From NCBI GenBank assembly GCA_051530055.1, contig CM121342.1, forward strand, positions 12,973,480 to 13,037,479: a stretch of 64,000 nt of DNA. Direction: 5' to 3'. The notes under the pieces were generated by a model. It did no database searches, was not told the DNA's origin, and saw nothing but the letters and a program-made list of their open reading frames with translations. How positions within the stretch are numbered: position 1 is the stretch's first letter; the number at the start of each line of letters is the position of its first letter. Of this stretch, positions 37,854 to 50,900 are shown piece by piece. The DNA comes from Neoechinorhynchus agilis. Taxonomy: Eukaryota; Animalia; Acanthocephala. A program made the translations under genes and the position numbers.

Positions 37854-39361
37854 ATGAACGTACTCGTAATGGGGAACATACCAACCATTTCAGCCTCTAC
37901 TGTATTCTCAATGAACGGTCGTCGCAGACGTCGCAAGCAGGAGTGTCGTCGACAAAAGTGCACCGACCCAATACGGAGTGAAGAAAACCGTCACACCGAT
38001 GAGAATCCTATTTTGAATTCAATCAAGCAAATGGGGCGTCGTCTGAGTTCGTCTTTTCGCCTCCTATGCAACTCCGAAAGCGACTTTGGCTCTCGGCATC
38101 CTTGTAATACTTGTTCAATCTACGAAAATGTGACAACCAAAACAAAGTACGGCGATCAACAAAGAGCTTGTTTGTTGTTCATCGTCCAGATAGACATAAA
38201 AGCAAGTATTGTGCTATCAATGGAGATAATAGTCATTCTCATAATCTCGAGAATGGTGCAATCGAGGGGAATGAACACCGTTCTTCAGGTACGCTTGCAG
38301 GATGCTTCGCAAGTGTCCGTCGTCTTCATTCTCATGAATTCCGGCGTTCAAAGGAGATCAAACGTAGAGAAGATCAGCTTCCCGCCTCAGGTGAGCCGCG
38401 TGTTTCCTTTCGATCTACTCGAAGTCTCTGTGCATCAAGTGGACGCCGATCAGCCGACACTGTCTATCCAATAAGATCTCACGAAATGGCATTCCTTCCT
38501 GACTTTCCGTTGAAAGCGACAGTAAACGAAGCTAGTTTTGAAGTCGTGGATGTGATTGCCAGGGGTGCTTTCGGAAATGTAATTAAAGTACGGAATAAAA
38601 CCACCCTTCAAATTTACGCTCTAAAGATAATGTCAAAAAATCAAATTATTCGAGACAAGGCCATTCAACAGGTCAAGGACGAGGCAAATATTGCTCGAGG
38701 CGTCGCCGATCATCCGTTCATAGTATCCACATTCCATCATTGGCAGTCCAAACGATACTTGTATTTGTTAAGTGAGTTTATCCCACACGGAGAACTTCTT
38801 CATCTATGGGCACGATACAGACCATTGTCGGAGAATATCGTGCGGATATACATCGCTGAAATAGGAATAGTTCTAGATTTTTTGCACACAAACGGTATTA
38901 TTTACCGAGATTTGAAGATGGAAAACATTTTGCTGGATGCTCGAGGACACATTCAGCTTACCGATTTCGGTCTTTCAAAACCACTTTCTCATGGAAGTCG
39001 AACGACGACCATCTGTGGAACTTTGCAATACATTGCACCCGAGGTACTAACAGTGTCTCCATATGACCATGCCGTTGATTGGTGGTCACTCGGAATTCTT
39101 ATGTATGCTCTTCTAGTTGGTTCGTACCCTTATAAGGCAACCACAGATCATATATCGATGGCCAATAGAGTACTGAGCTCTTATATTGACATAGAAGGGA
39201 CGGATTGTAGCACAGATGCGAAATTACTGTTATACCGTCTTCTGGATAGGAACCCGACGGCACGGTTGCGCGACCTCCAGGAACTTGCCCGAGAACCTTT
39301 CTTGTCGGATGGAATCGAAACACTTGCCAATAAGGATGTTTCCGTTTTTCGTATGCTTTGA
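37854..39361 (+). CDS. RSKR: RSKR/SGK494-like AGC Ser/Thr kinase; canonical intron 38104-38189 joins the two ORFs
   Basis: ARGAFGNV, YALK, IYRDLKMENILLDARGHIQLTDFGLS, TICGTLQYIAPEVL; the KMENILLD and GTLQY pattern is typical of RSKR. Confidence 0.8.
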
Positions 39362-40269
39362 GTGACCGTGTAAGAAGTTTGCGCATGTGTATGTAAATAG
39401 TGGATATTCGATTCTTAGTTACTGGGTAGGAAACGTCTGAGATGGACTGCCAAGTTCATTTATTCTTGAGTTAGTTATGTTCTCTCATTTTAACCAATTA
39501 TGCAGGTATTGTCGTCATTGATATTACGTGAAGCTCTCAAAAGATATTTTTAAAAGTACTTTATATTAATGACACATAGCAAAGACCTTGAACTCATTTT
39601 ACGACTTTGTCCTTTATTTATCTGAATGCGCCTTGCAATAGCATCTCTAGGTCTTAACCGCTCCTTCTTTCTATTTGGTCGCGCTCTTCAACAATTTTTG
39701 AAATTCTGACTTTCTTTTTATTTTCGCTTTTCCTATTCCACAGTTAAACGCCGGTTTTGCCTTTTCCAATCGTAATCGCATCAATTCAGTTTCCCCGCAG
39801 TTTTTCCAGTATCGGTTAATTTAGTCCTTTTCGTGACCCCGTTTCACGTTTCATTCTCTTTTCGACTTTTGACATTCCCCTCTTTAATTATATTTTCCTC
39901 GCTTAACTTCATGTGATTTCAGACTAGAATTTTCAGCTCTTCTTAGATTTCACACATATTCTTTATCCAACAATTTGAACCGTGTCCTTCAAGTAGGTTG
40001 CAAAGCCTAATCGCAGTCTTCATGAATGATAATTTCATCCTTTCAAAAATTTTCATTTTCGCCTCCCTCCACCCTTAACGTTCTAAAATATCCACACGCT
40101 TCCCGACTAATTATTTATTCAATTCTTCCCCACGATTTCCCATTTTTCTTACATTCCTTTTAGATCACTTTCCGTTATTTATCAAAATTATTTCACTTTT
40201 CCTATATTTTAAACCGTTTAAGTCTATTCCAACATACCAACTCTTTCAAACCTTAGCATAGTTTTAACC

Positions 40270-41770
40270 TTCCGTCATTCCTTATAATGCGATTATACAA
40301 CTACCCTCTTAACCGCGCCAATTCCTTCTTTGAGTAAATTTCTGAAATATCAATTTCAAGTCGATTTCCCGAGCATTTAAGATTTTTCCCTATATTTTAT
40401 TTATTTTTTCTGTCTTTCGATTCACCAGTTGCGCTTTCATTTTCCAACTTAGTCCAAATTCATCGTGCCCTCTCTCTTTATTCTCCTACTTTTCAATGCA
40501 ATGAATGATGATACAGAAGCACAGAAAAGAAATGCCGTCTGAAGGCAGTTATGTGCGAAAATTCCATGCCAAAAGACTTCATTTTAATTTATTGCGAATG
40601 AAAAAAATTCCATTTTAAGCGACTATAATTTTTCTTATTTTTCGGTCCCTTGTCAAAGATTCTCACTGCGACGTTTAAATTTTTATACGTGCCATTTAAT
40701 TAAAGATGAATTTAAATACCTGCGATGCTATTGACAAAAAACTGATATCTTTTTCAATCGCTCATAAGAAGAAGCGCCAGCAATTTAGCTTTTGAGATTT
40801 GCACTGCAGATTGCAAAATCTGGAATCGATTCGCGGCTAATAACAACAAAAGGTATTATGTACCCGTAAAATACTGATTGATCGATTTACTCAAATAAAA
40901 GACTCATCCAATTCTCATCGATCAAATGGCAACAAATTTCAGTCTAGTTTTTCGCATTTACTTGGTTAAAACAATTCTTAGATCTTTTTATGACCTATCA
41001 AATTGATTTCGATTAAACTCGAATTGTACTCAAAAGAGTACTTGAGACAATAATGCGTTTCTCATCTCAACGGAAGCACAAGCAAGGCAAAATCATATTG
41101 ATAGATTGATGTTCTGATAAAAAGGAAAAGGTCACCGAATTTTTCTGATCTCGCCGACCGTGAACCTTCCTCCCCTGCTAGAAGTGCTGCTCAGTCGTTG
41201 ATTGGCTCAAGTTCTTTTTATTACTTCGCTCTTCATCATCGAGCTGCAAATCATAAAGATCGATATTCAAAATCAATAAAGGTACACCAAAATCAGATAA
41301 TTATGCTCATCCGCTACTTATTCATTCTTATTTTAACTTTTCGAATCGGGAAAGACCGCGTAAATCATTGCAAACAGGATCGGGATTCAATATTCTTGAC
41401 TCACAATAAATTTCATTATAAGAAGATTGCATTCAAATTATTGATTGTTGCCGATTTGTACTAAATATTAACGTTATAAACTAATAAATTGTCTTTTGCC
41501 TTTCAAAACGACACAAGTTGAAAAATGCTTATACACATTGTATTTGTAAAATGTTTTTATTTCGAGATTCTATTCTTTTCATTGTTTTTGATTGAAAAAT
41601 CAAATTAATATTGCAATGCTTCTGAGAAATAATTTTTGATTAAAACTTCGAGCATTTGGTAACTAAACCAAATTTTTATTATTTTATTTCACTTGTAAAT
41701 TTTAATATAAAATTCGCACTCTCTCATATAATCAGACTTTTTAAAGATTTTTTTGCTGCATCAAAAGGTT
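40270..41770 (+). repeat. ~1.5-kb non-coding repeat, copy A (inverted partner at 60960-62980)
   Basis: ORF 41198-41464 is nearly identical to minus-strand ORF 61264-61530; nucleotide similarity extends on both sides to the stated approximate ends. Confidence 0.9.
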
Positions 41771-42304
41771 CTATTTCATTAAATTAGAAAAAATGAAGTT
41801 CTTAGTGATGTAATAGGATTTCCAAAATGTTTGTAAATTTATGTTAAACACGTTAAACGGGCTTTAACAGCTTGCTTATTTTTCATTGAATTCTTAAGCA
41901 GCAAATCTCCGAATATTGCGAAAATTTTAAACCGAAAAATAGTATGTTAAAGAATTTCTGCTGCTCGCCAGACTTCAATACTAATTTAAATATTATACAA
42001 TTTAATATTGTTCAATTAAAAATGAGTAAATTTGCATATTTTATAAAAAATTTCACGGAGCAGAACTGAAAAAATCACAAAAAATTGTTTTAAAAATAAA
42101 GAAAGCAATTCGCTACGATCCGTCTGACTGCGCTAAAAATCACATATTCTCCCTTCAGCGCCATTTCAATTTATTAAATTTTTGCAGCGCTTCTAGTTTT
42201 GAAATTGTTGAATTTAACCAATAGACTGTTCATGAGTGCGGAAACTATTTTAATGGGGATCTTCGAGGATATTTCACATGTGTCCTATCACTGCCAAACT
42301 CCTT

Positions 42305-43446
42305 TTAATCCAATGACTCATAACCGATACGTCTTTTCCTCATGGCTCTTGTCACGAAGTACGCAGTGAGCACAATCATCAAAAGTATTAGCAGCAAAAC
42401 TCCAACGACAATCGGTACTACGTTTGCTCGGTTGAGATCAGCATTGCAGAAAATCACTAGTAATCGATGATTTGATTAGGTTTTGAAGGAAATCAACACA
42501 TACCCTTATTAAACATAAGCGCATCTTCTTCAGTTGCGTTGAATGGCATAAGTGTGTTTATTTTATTGATTCTAAAAATCAATTGATTTTGCTTTGAATC
42601 TGTGGAGTCGAACGGGATATCTGTTTTTGATCGGCAATGAAGTGATCGGTTTAAAGAAAATTCCACCGCACTATTGGACGATGAGTTCGAAGTGAATATT
42701 TCTGTAGGGAATGTTGAAGTTTGTTGGTTATTAAATAGTGCATTTGTGAAAATCAAATAGAAAATCCTTTAAAATCAACTACTGTAAGATGCGTAAAAAT
42801 AATGACAGCATACATTTAATTTAAAATGTAAAAAAATAGCGAGAATGAGCTTGATGGAATTCGCTAGGCGGCGGAAAAAAGCCGCAAAAAGTAGTTTGTG
42901 GAATTGCTAAAATATAAGACTTTTCGTGGAAAAGTTAAGAATTAAAATTCAATTTTGCTCAATTACGAAATCCATTTTGTCAGCTAGAGACAAAATCCGA
43001 AAACGGCTTAGAATAATTCAAATGTTCATCAAAATGAATTTACCCGAGATACCTTTATTCATCGTTGCATTGTTGCCATTTATAATCTGATTACTATTGT
43101 CGTATTCAAATGTGATCCAAATCGATGCATTGTATTGATCAATCACAATATTCATGCTTCTTTTTCTATCATCAGCAAAATCAGTAAAGAAGTAAGAAGG
43201 CGACTTGTTAACAACGAGTTCATCAGTCGTCGAAGATCCATTGTGCTTCTTTAATATTAAAGACATAGAGAAGCTACCGTAAAAATCACCGAGATCAATG
43301 TTATCGGTTTTAAGTGAAAAATTAAAAACCGGCGGTAACTGGTAAACATTGAAATAGAAGAATAAGACATTTACAAGACCACTGACCGGCTTTAAATAAC
43401 AGAAATTCGTGAACATGAGCAGACTCGCGAAGATGGAAAGCTGCAT
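42305..43446 (-). CDS. LAMP/CD68-like lysosomal membrane glycoprotein, 3 exons
   Basis: Signal peptide, many N-x-S/T sites, SLHCRS cysteine; last exon (42456-42305) reads FCNADLNRANVVPIVVGVLLLILLMIVLTAYFVTRAMRKRRIGYESLD with TM helix and GYxxL sorting motif. Confidence 0.85.
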
Positions 43447-43564
43447 TGTGTCTTGGTTGTCAACGACGATATTATGAGTATTTTAAACGAAATCTTATGT
43501 CGTTTTCGTGAGTACCATGAGTCATTCGCTTTTGCAAAATAATAATACTATTCTTCCAGACAAA

Positions 43565-44060
43565 TTACGAATGGTCCTCCGTCCAGTTCGGTCCTCGATC
43601 GAGGAAAATGGACGAAAGCCGTTCGTCGAGGGCATATGAAGCCTTGGTTAGGAATGCAGCTTTTTCAAAATCCACCTTGTGCTGGGTTGTTTGCTGGTGG
43701 TTCGAGATTGCTGAGGATTTGTCGAAAGTCCTGCAAGCATGTTTATGCTGCGAGATCCGTTTCTTGATCCTTTGCATGGCTTGTCCAATGTAGCTTTTGA
43801 GCATTCTGCACATGGAAATTTGTAGATCCCTGATTTGGTCTCTTGTTTGGTTTTCCTCGTGAGAATACCCGCAATGGAAAATCAAAAGATTTGCAGCGAG
43901 GTACTTGAGGGTCCTCGGTTTTCTGGTCGCTGTGCCACTTATGTGGTGAAAGCCGGTGATTTGAGGAAGATGCTTGTGGTACCCTTCTTCTTGCGATGGC
44001 CGATATGTGTTGCATTCTTGGGACCGATTTTGATGGCCCATTCAGGGAAGCGTGCATGCT
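43565..44060 (-). mobile_element. Penelope-like element GIY-YIG endonuclease fragment (frameshifted)
   Basis: SYIGQAMQRIKKRISQH...SSAISNHQQTTQHKVDF. Confidence 0.85.
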
Positions 44061-44085
44061 GTCTATATCGTCTCCTTTTTAGATA

Positions 44086-44125
44086 GCGACTGAAGAGGTA
44101 AGTGAAACCTTGTGAAATATTTCGC
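44086..44125 (+). ncRNA. Minimal type I hammerhead ribozyme (Penelope pLTR, inverted relative to the adjacent ORF)
   Basis: gcga CTGAAGA G gtaag tgaaac cttgt GAAA ta T T tcgc: 4-bp stem I, wobble-rich stem II, palindromic stem III. Confidence 0.55.
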
Positions 44126-44182
44126 AATTAAAAAAATTTTTACTTATTTAAAATTTTATTTTGCGGTCATATCAAATCCGCA

Positions 44183-45850
44183 TTACCCATACGTTATGAT
44201 TGTTCGGCAGCTTCCTTGATGGCCGCGGCATTGCCGCGTTGGATCGCCGCGCTGATTCGCTGCAGCAGAAAGCTGCTCGCTTCTTTTCCTCGCTGAAGCT
44301 CGCGACTGCTCCCGCTTTTGAGGTGGCATCCCGTAAGTGGGATGCTGCGAGCGTGTTGGGGCAGGTAAAATCCCAAACCAGTATTTTCCCGGAACACTAT
44401 GGGATGCAGGGTGTTTACCGTCGTTCCGGGAGAGTCCGACTGGTTCGAGTCGAGCGGGAAAACCGGCCGTTGAGAGGGCTTCCTTGATTATGCGGTTGAC
44501 TACTGAGTGCCGTGCGTGATGAGCATTTGAACGCTTGCAGTCAAGGCCGTGAGTTCCCGACCTTTTCACTGTCCCACCGCACCGACATGTATATGAGCCT
44601 GAGAATTCGATGCCCAGCCGAAGTCCCACAGCGACGGTGATGGCTTGGTCATCCAGCCTCGTGCCAACAGCCGTGATCGGGAAAGCCTTCAAGAAGTCGC
44701 TGGAGTGTGGAGCTGAGACTGCCAGAAGACGAGCGCTATCGGTGAGAGATGAGCATGAGTTGAGAAGCTGCTGATAATATGCAGTGTGGAGCAAGGCAGT
44801 CCAACGTTTTTGGGAGTTTGTTTCCGTTGGAACGACTTGCCCGAACACTGATGTCCATTGAGCGTGCGCCGAACAGCAGCATACTGGACTGGTCGAAGCA
44901 TAAGGACACGTACTGGTAGATTTCTGGTAGGTGCTGGTGGATAACCTCTGTCATCGCGGTGCGGCATATTGAATTGAACGCGTTCTCCATGTCAAGATTG
45001 ACCACAGCCGTTCCCTTACGGATACCATTCCGACTATACGCTCGTGATGCATGTACGGGCGCCTCGGTTCCAGCAGGAACTCCGACTCCTAATTGAACCG
45101 GCAAGAGTTGATCGATCAATCGATCGGTGGCGTACTGACACGCGACTTTGGATGCCAACCGACCGAAGGTACAACCCCCGGGAATGGGACGAATACCTTC
45201 ACCTTTTTTGTGAAAGCGATCAGCTTGGCACCGCAGAGTAGACGAGCGACTGGAGGAGGTACGGAACCGCGAATGATTATGCGTATGAACTAGGTGATTG
45301 CGTTCACAGGATCGCTGTCCTCCAGCTTCTCGGAGCATTTCGCGCGGAGTTGAGAGTCCGGGTCGTGATCAGCATTACGGCGATGGAAGCGATTGATTCT
45401 CGTTGGCTTCAGATGTTTGTGTGGGAACACATAAGACGGCTTTCGGAAACGCGAGGATGCACTCGATCAGGCATGCTAATTTGGAGGCTACGGAGGACCT
45501 GGCGCCTCGCGGGATTCGTCTAATCATTCGGGTACAGTGTGAAAGCATCTCGATCAGTGCTGGAGGTGGGACATTCGTGTCTGTGACCACAGTTGTGAGT
45601 TGGATTGGATGAAGACGGAGAGACATGCTGAGTTGGCGGTTTTCTGGATCCAGGGCAATGTGTGGGAGCGGACGAGACCACTGAGAATGAGTTTGAAGTC
45701 ACGAAGACAAACATTGCATTTGATCGATTGGTATTGGAGACTGGGCCCATCCTCGCCAGCGAGCGAAACAGCCGGCGCGGCGGACGTTGTTGCGGCGGAC
45801 GTTGTTGCGAATAATGAAACCACATCAGCCGATACCATGATAGAACGTTA
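44183..45850 (-). mobile_element. CRE-clade non-LTR retrotransposon, internally deleted
   Basis: N-terminal CxxC..H (IKCNVCLR..RSH), RPIPGG..QLGVGVP..LDMENAFNSI RT motifs, GTRLDDQAITVAVGLRLG..CRCG, and 3' LLQRISAAIQRGNAAAI. Confidence 0.9.
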
Positions 45851-46394
45851 GTCCCACGACGTCTTAAGTCGATCAATGAAGTCCTTTCCAGAGCATACTA
45901 CATTTGCACTCCGTTCCATTCTCTGACGAAGCATCAGAGCCAGTTTCCTAGACAAACTTTTGCAAAATGATGTTTGAGCCGCAACTATTGGTCTGAACTT
46001 AAACGGACATTTGTGTACCTTGGCTAATAGGTACATTATAGGTGTCCTAGAGTTCACGGACCTAACTGCCCAGTAGTCAGCACTCTCGATTTTATTTTGC
46101 TTCATCAGCTTCAGTAGTAATGCATTGAATTCCTTTTCCCTTTTTTTGAGTAGGACAAACATTAAGACGCTTGAACTCATTTCTCATTAATATCTTGAAA
46201 CCAGCCTCTTGATACTGTTCACGATTGGTAAAGCAATATCCATACCTTTTATCAATCTTCACTGGTACAATGTCATGGATTCCTTTTAACAAATCTATGC
46301 CTCTCTGCATCCTCCTTGATATGTTGGAATATAATGATCCATTGTGTACCATATGATTGCAATAGCGTTCCATCATCCAGAGAGGTATGCTCAA
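45848..46394 (-). mobile_element. Penelope-like RT N-terminal part (inverted relative to its 3' part)
   Basis: IVPVKIDK, PIMYLLAKVHKCPFKFRPIVAA: Penelope RT motifs. Confidence 0.85.
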
Positions 46395-47150
46395 GTTCTA
46401 TTTTACAGCTCCGGTTGCTAAGCTCTCCAGCTTTATTCTATCTCCTCTCAACCACGAGAATATAAGATCTCCAGGGATAGATCATTGGTACAACGAGCTT
46501 TTGCTTATTGTAGCTCGAGTACTGGCCTCGAGCATGAACTGGATTTTATGTTGGATTTATCAGGACGGATGGGTTATCCGTTGAATCTGGTTAGGAAGGT
46601 GATCAGGAACGCTAGGTTTGGGAGGCCGACAGTCGTGACATCGGATAAGGGCCGTGTGTTTCTTGAGTTGCCTTTTATTGACGATTCCTCCCATCGAAGT
46701 TTATCCAGGGTCTTATTGACAGGCCACCAGAGCAAACGTACGCTCGTCTATTTCAAACGAAGAAATAATCTTCATGGCCTGATCTGTCCGAGCATTCGTG
46801 ACAGCCCAAGTGGTGCGGTATATAAAATATCTTGCTCGGATTGTGATCGCTACTATATTGGCCAGACAAATAACTTTGGGAGGAGGATAAGGGAACATCG
46901 CTATTCACTAAGGAAACGGGACACAAACTCCGCTGTGGTTTCCCACTCTCTGAATACGGGCCATAAGGTCGATATTAACGACGCATATTTGTTGGTACGC
47001 AATGACCACAAGGTTGAGCGTGTTATTATCGAGGCCATGTACATTCAGGGAGCCAATACTTTCGAAGGAAACAATACAGATTATTCCTCAAAGTTGAGGA
47101 TACCTCCTGATAAGACAATTAGTTTGCCGAATTCCATTTCAGACAATTGA
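46395..47150 (+). mobile_element. Penelope-like RT thumb plus GIY-YIG endonuclease
   Basis: LVQRAFAYC, MGYP, GAVYKISCSDCDRYYIGQT..RRIREH..SAVVSHSLNTGH..IIEAMYI. Confidence 0.92.
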
Positions 47151-47189
47151 CTGAAGAAGTCCAGCGTGATTAGACGAAATATTTCAATT
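47145..47189 (+). ncRNA. Minimal type I hammerhead ribozyme at the Penelope ORF stop
   Basis: aattga CTGAAGA A GTC cagcgtgatta GAC GAAA ta T T tcaatt: perfect 6-bp stem I, 3-bp stem II, palindromic stem III; predicted cleavage after 47183. Confidence 0.75.
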
Positions 47190-47740
47190 AAAGTGATTTT
47201 TGGATATATTTTTTCCCCACTTTCATATACTCATGAAAGGAAAGTCCCATATTAGGAAGATGAATACATAAAAAATTCAGCACAATTACGCATGTTAAGT
47301 CGTCCGCATAGATATTAATTTTCTTATAGACCGTACAGTTAGGTATTGGGACGGAGAGCCCTGAGGTACCCCTTTCAACCGTAGGTGCCAGCAGACAGGC
47401 GCTAACGATGTTCCCGTGAATGGCCTCAGAAAGTCGATCTGAGACAGACCTTTCGTCGCGAGAGCTCACAGCTCTCTACTTTCAGGTTCTCGCGATGGGG
47501 TCGTTTGAGCTAGATTGTTGGTAGTTTCGACACGAGAATCGGGGATGGGGTTGGAGGCTGTTCCTCTGGAATCTGTGGGAACTCTTCTCACTGATGAGGT
47601 AACGAGGATCGCAATGTCCTTAAGATATGGTCTCCCGATATGAACGCCCCATCGCTGTCGATGTAAGTCTTTGGTTGATGCTTTCGAGCTACACGGTCCC
47701 GTTTGCCGATAGTCAGGAGGAAGGTTCTTACGCCATTCTG
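47190..47740 (-). mobile_element. L1/Tx1-like non-LTR RT remnant
   Basis: INIYADDLT (RT5) and an upstream GP...W..IG RT0-like segment. Confidence 0.6.
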
Positions 47741-47743
47741 AGA

Positions 47744-47914
47744 TCAATAGCGTAATTTCTCGGGCGTTGAGAACGGTGAACTTCCACAACATCTTGGAGC
47801 CCGCCCATCTTTGTCGACTAGACGGTCGTCGACATGACGGAATTTTGGTCTTTCAGTGGCGGGAGGACAAATGCCTTCTCTGGGACGCAACGCGTGTGAA
47901 CACCCTCGAACACA
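47744..47914 (+). mobile_element. CRE REL-domain fragment abutting the satellite array
   Basis: NILEPAHLCRLDGRRHDG..KCLLWDATRVNT. Confidence 0.8.
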
Positions 47915-50900
47915 CTCATCAGGGAGGTTGGATAGCGCATGGAGAAATCTGCGCATAGTTGACCGCTGTCCTTACTAACCGTATGTTCAACAACAACAAT
48001 TTATTCGGCCATGAATCATGGGTATAGATCGCAATTGACATTGTCAATGTAGCAGATGTATTCATATAAGATCGATCCACTTTGACGCTTTATCAGGCTA
48101 TGAGGATAGCTTGGCCCACTCATAAGTTAGGTTGGATAGCGCATGGAGAAAGCTGCGCACAGTTGACCGCTGTCCTTACTAACCGTATGTTCAACAACAA
48201 TTTATTCGGCCATGAATCATGGGCATAGATCGCAATTGATATTGTCAATGTAGCAGATGCATTCATGTAAGATCGATCCACTTTGACGCTTTATTGGCAT
48301 ATGAGGATTGTTTGGCCCACTCATAAGAGAGGTTGGATAGCGCATGGAGAAAGCTGTGCATAGTTGACCGCTGTCCTCACTAACCGTATGTTCAACAACA
48401 ACAATTTATTCGGCCATGAATCATGGGCATAGATCGCAATTGATATTGTCAATGTAGCAGATGTATTCATATAAGATCGATCCACTTTGACGCTTTATCG
48501 GGCTATGAGGATAGCTGGGCCCACTCATAAGTTAGGTTGGATAGCGCATGGAGAAAGCTACGCATAGTTGACCGCTGTCCTTACTAACCGTATGTTCAAC
48601 AACAACAATTTGTTCGGCCATGAATCATGGGTATAGACCGCAGATGACAATGTCAATGTAGCAGATGCATTCATGTAAGATCGATCCACTTTGACGCTTT
48701 ATTGGCATATGAGGATTGTTTGGCCCACTCATAAGAGAGGTTGGATAGCGCATGGAGAAAGCTGCGCATAGTTGACCGCTGTCCTTACTAACCGTATGTT
48801 CAACAACAATTTATTCGGCCATGAATCATGGGCATAGATCGCAATTGATATTGTCAATGTAGCAGATGTATTCATATAAGATCGATCCACTTTGACGCTT
48901 TATTGGGCTATGAGGATAGCTGGGCCCACTCATAAGTTAGGTTGGATAGCGCATGGAGAAAGCTGCGCATAGTTGACCGCTGTTCTTACTAACCGTATGT
49001 TCAACAACAATTTATTCGGCCATGAATCATGGGTATAGATCGCAATTGACATTGTCAATGTAGCAGATGCATTCATGTAAGATCGATCCACTTTGACGCT
49101 TTATCGGGCTATGAGGATTGTTTGGCCCACTCATAAGAGAGGTTGGATAGCGCATGGAGAAAGCTGCGCATAGTTGACCGCTGTCCTTACTAACCGTATG
49201 TTCAACAACAACAATTTATTCGGCCATGAATCATGGGCATAGATCGCAATTGATATTGTCAATGTAGCAGATGTATTCATATAAGATCGATCCACTTTGA
49301 CGCTTTATTGGGCTATGAGGATTGTTTGGCCCACTCATAAGAGAGGTTGGATAGCGCATGGAGAAAGCTGCGCATAGTTGACCGCTGTCCTTACTAACCG
49401 TATGTTCAACAACAAAATTTATTCGGCCATGAATCATGGGTATAGATCGCAATTGACATTGTCAATGTAGCAGATGTATTCATATAAGATCGATCCACTT
49501 TGACGCTTTATTGGCTATGAGGATAGCTTGGCCCACTCATAAGAGAGGTTGGATAGCGCATGGAGAAAGCTGCGCATAGTTGACCGCTGTCCTTACTAAC
49601 CGTATGTTCAACAACAATTTATTCGGCCATGAATCATGGGTATAGATCGCAATTGACATTGTCAATGTAGCAGATGCATTCATGTAAGATCGATCCACTT
49701 TGACGCTTTATTGGCATATGAGGATTGTTTGGCCCACTCATAAGAGAGGTTGGATAGCGCATGGAGAAAGCTGCGCATAGTTGACCGCTGTCCTTACTAA
49801 CCGTATGTTCAACAACAACAATTTATTCGGCCATGAATCATGGGCATAGATCGCAATTGATATTGTCAATGTAGCAGATGTATTCATATAAGATCGATCC
49901 ACTTTGACGCTTTATTGGGCTATGAGGATAGCTTGGCCCACTCATAAGAGAGGTTGGATAGCGCATGGAGAAAGCTGCGCATAGTTGACCGCTGTCCTTA
50001 CTAACCGTATGTTCAACAACAATTTATTCGGCCATGAATCATGGGTATAGATCGCAATTGACATTGTCAATGTAGCAGATGCATTCATGTAAGATCGATC
50101 CACTTTGACGCTTTATCGGCTATGAGGATTGTTTGGCCCACTCATAAGAGAGGTTGGATAGCGCATGGAGAAAGCTGCGCATAGTTGACCGCTGTCCTTA
50201 CTAACCGTATGTTCAACAACAATTTATTCGGCCATGAATCATGGGTATAGATCGCAATTGACATTGTCAATGTAGCAGATGCATTCATGTAAGATCGATC
50301 CACTTTGACGCTTTATTGGCATATGAGGATTGTTTGGCCCACTCATAAGAGAGGTTGGATAGCGCATGGAGAAAGCTGTGCATAGTTGACCGCTGTCCTT
50401 ACTAACCGTATGTTCAACAACAACAATTTATTCGGCCATGAATCATGGGCATAGATCGCAATTGATATTGTCAATGTAGCAGATGTATTCATAAGATCGA
50501 TCCACTTTGACGCTTTATCGGGCTATGAGGATAGCTTGGCCCACTCATAAGAGAGGTTGGATAGCGCATGGAGAAAGCTGCGCATAGTTGACCGCTGTCC
50601 TTACTAACCGTATGTTCAACAACAACAATTTATTCGGCCATGAATCATGGGTATAGATCGCAATTGACATTGTCAATGTAGCAGATGCATTCATGTAAGA
50701 TCGATCCACTTTGACGCTTTATTGGCATATGAGGATTGTTTGGCCCACTCATAAGAGAGGTTGGATAGCGCATGGAGAAAGCTGCGCATAGTTGACCGCT
50801 GTCCTTACTAACCGTATGTTCAACAACAATTTATTCGGCCATGAATCATGGGTATAGATCGCAATTGACATTGTCAATGTAGCAGATGCATTCATGTAAG

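Noticed and set aside
38107-38216. TA-to-TA segment with an 8-bp IR (aatacttg/caagtatt) that also joins the two RSKR ORFs in frame
   Set aside because: A canonical intron 38104-38189 (gtaata...ttgttgttcatcgtccag) with a good pyrimidine tract explains the join equally well. It shows such patterns can arise by chance, so it was not counted.
41198-41464. 88-aa ORF duplicated at 61264-61530 as a protein-coding gene
   Set aside because: It lies inside a non-coding-looking repeat, has no recognisable motif, and its conservation just follows nucleotide identity.
47979-48030. Flatworm-like spliced-leader candidate (AACCG...ATG) in the satellite
   Set aside because: ATG is not followed directly by GT, the nearby GGT is GGC in many units, and the Sm-like site lies upstream of the supposed donor.
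48325-48375. U6-like words in the satellite unit (agaga..tagc..atgg..tgcgca..tgac)
   Set aside because: No ACAGAGA box, wrong spacing, no U6 5' stem-loop or 3' U tail, and tgcgca belongs to the unit's own hairpin. A cmsearch hit to U6 would be needed to revive it.
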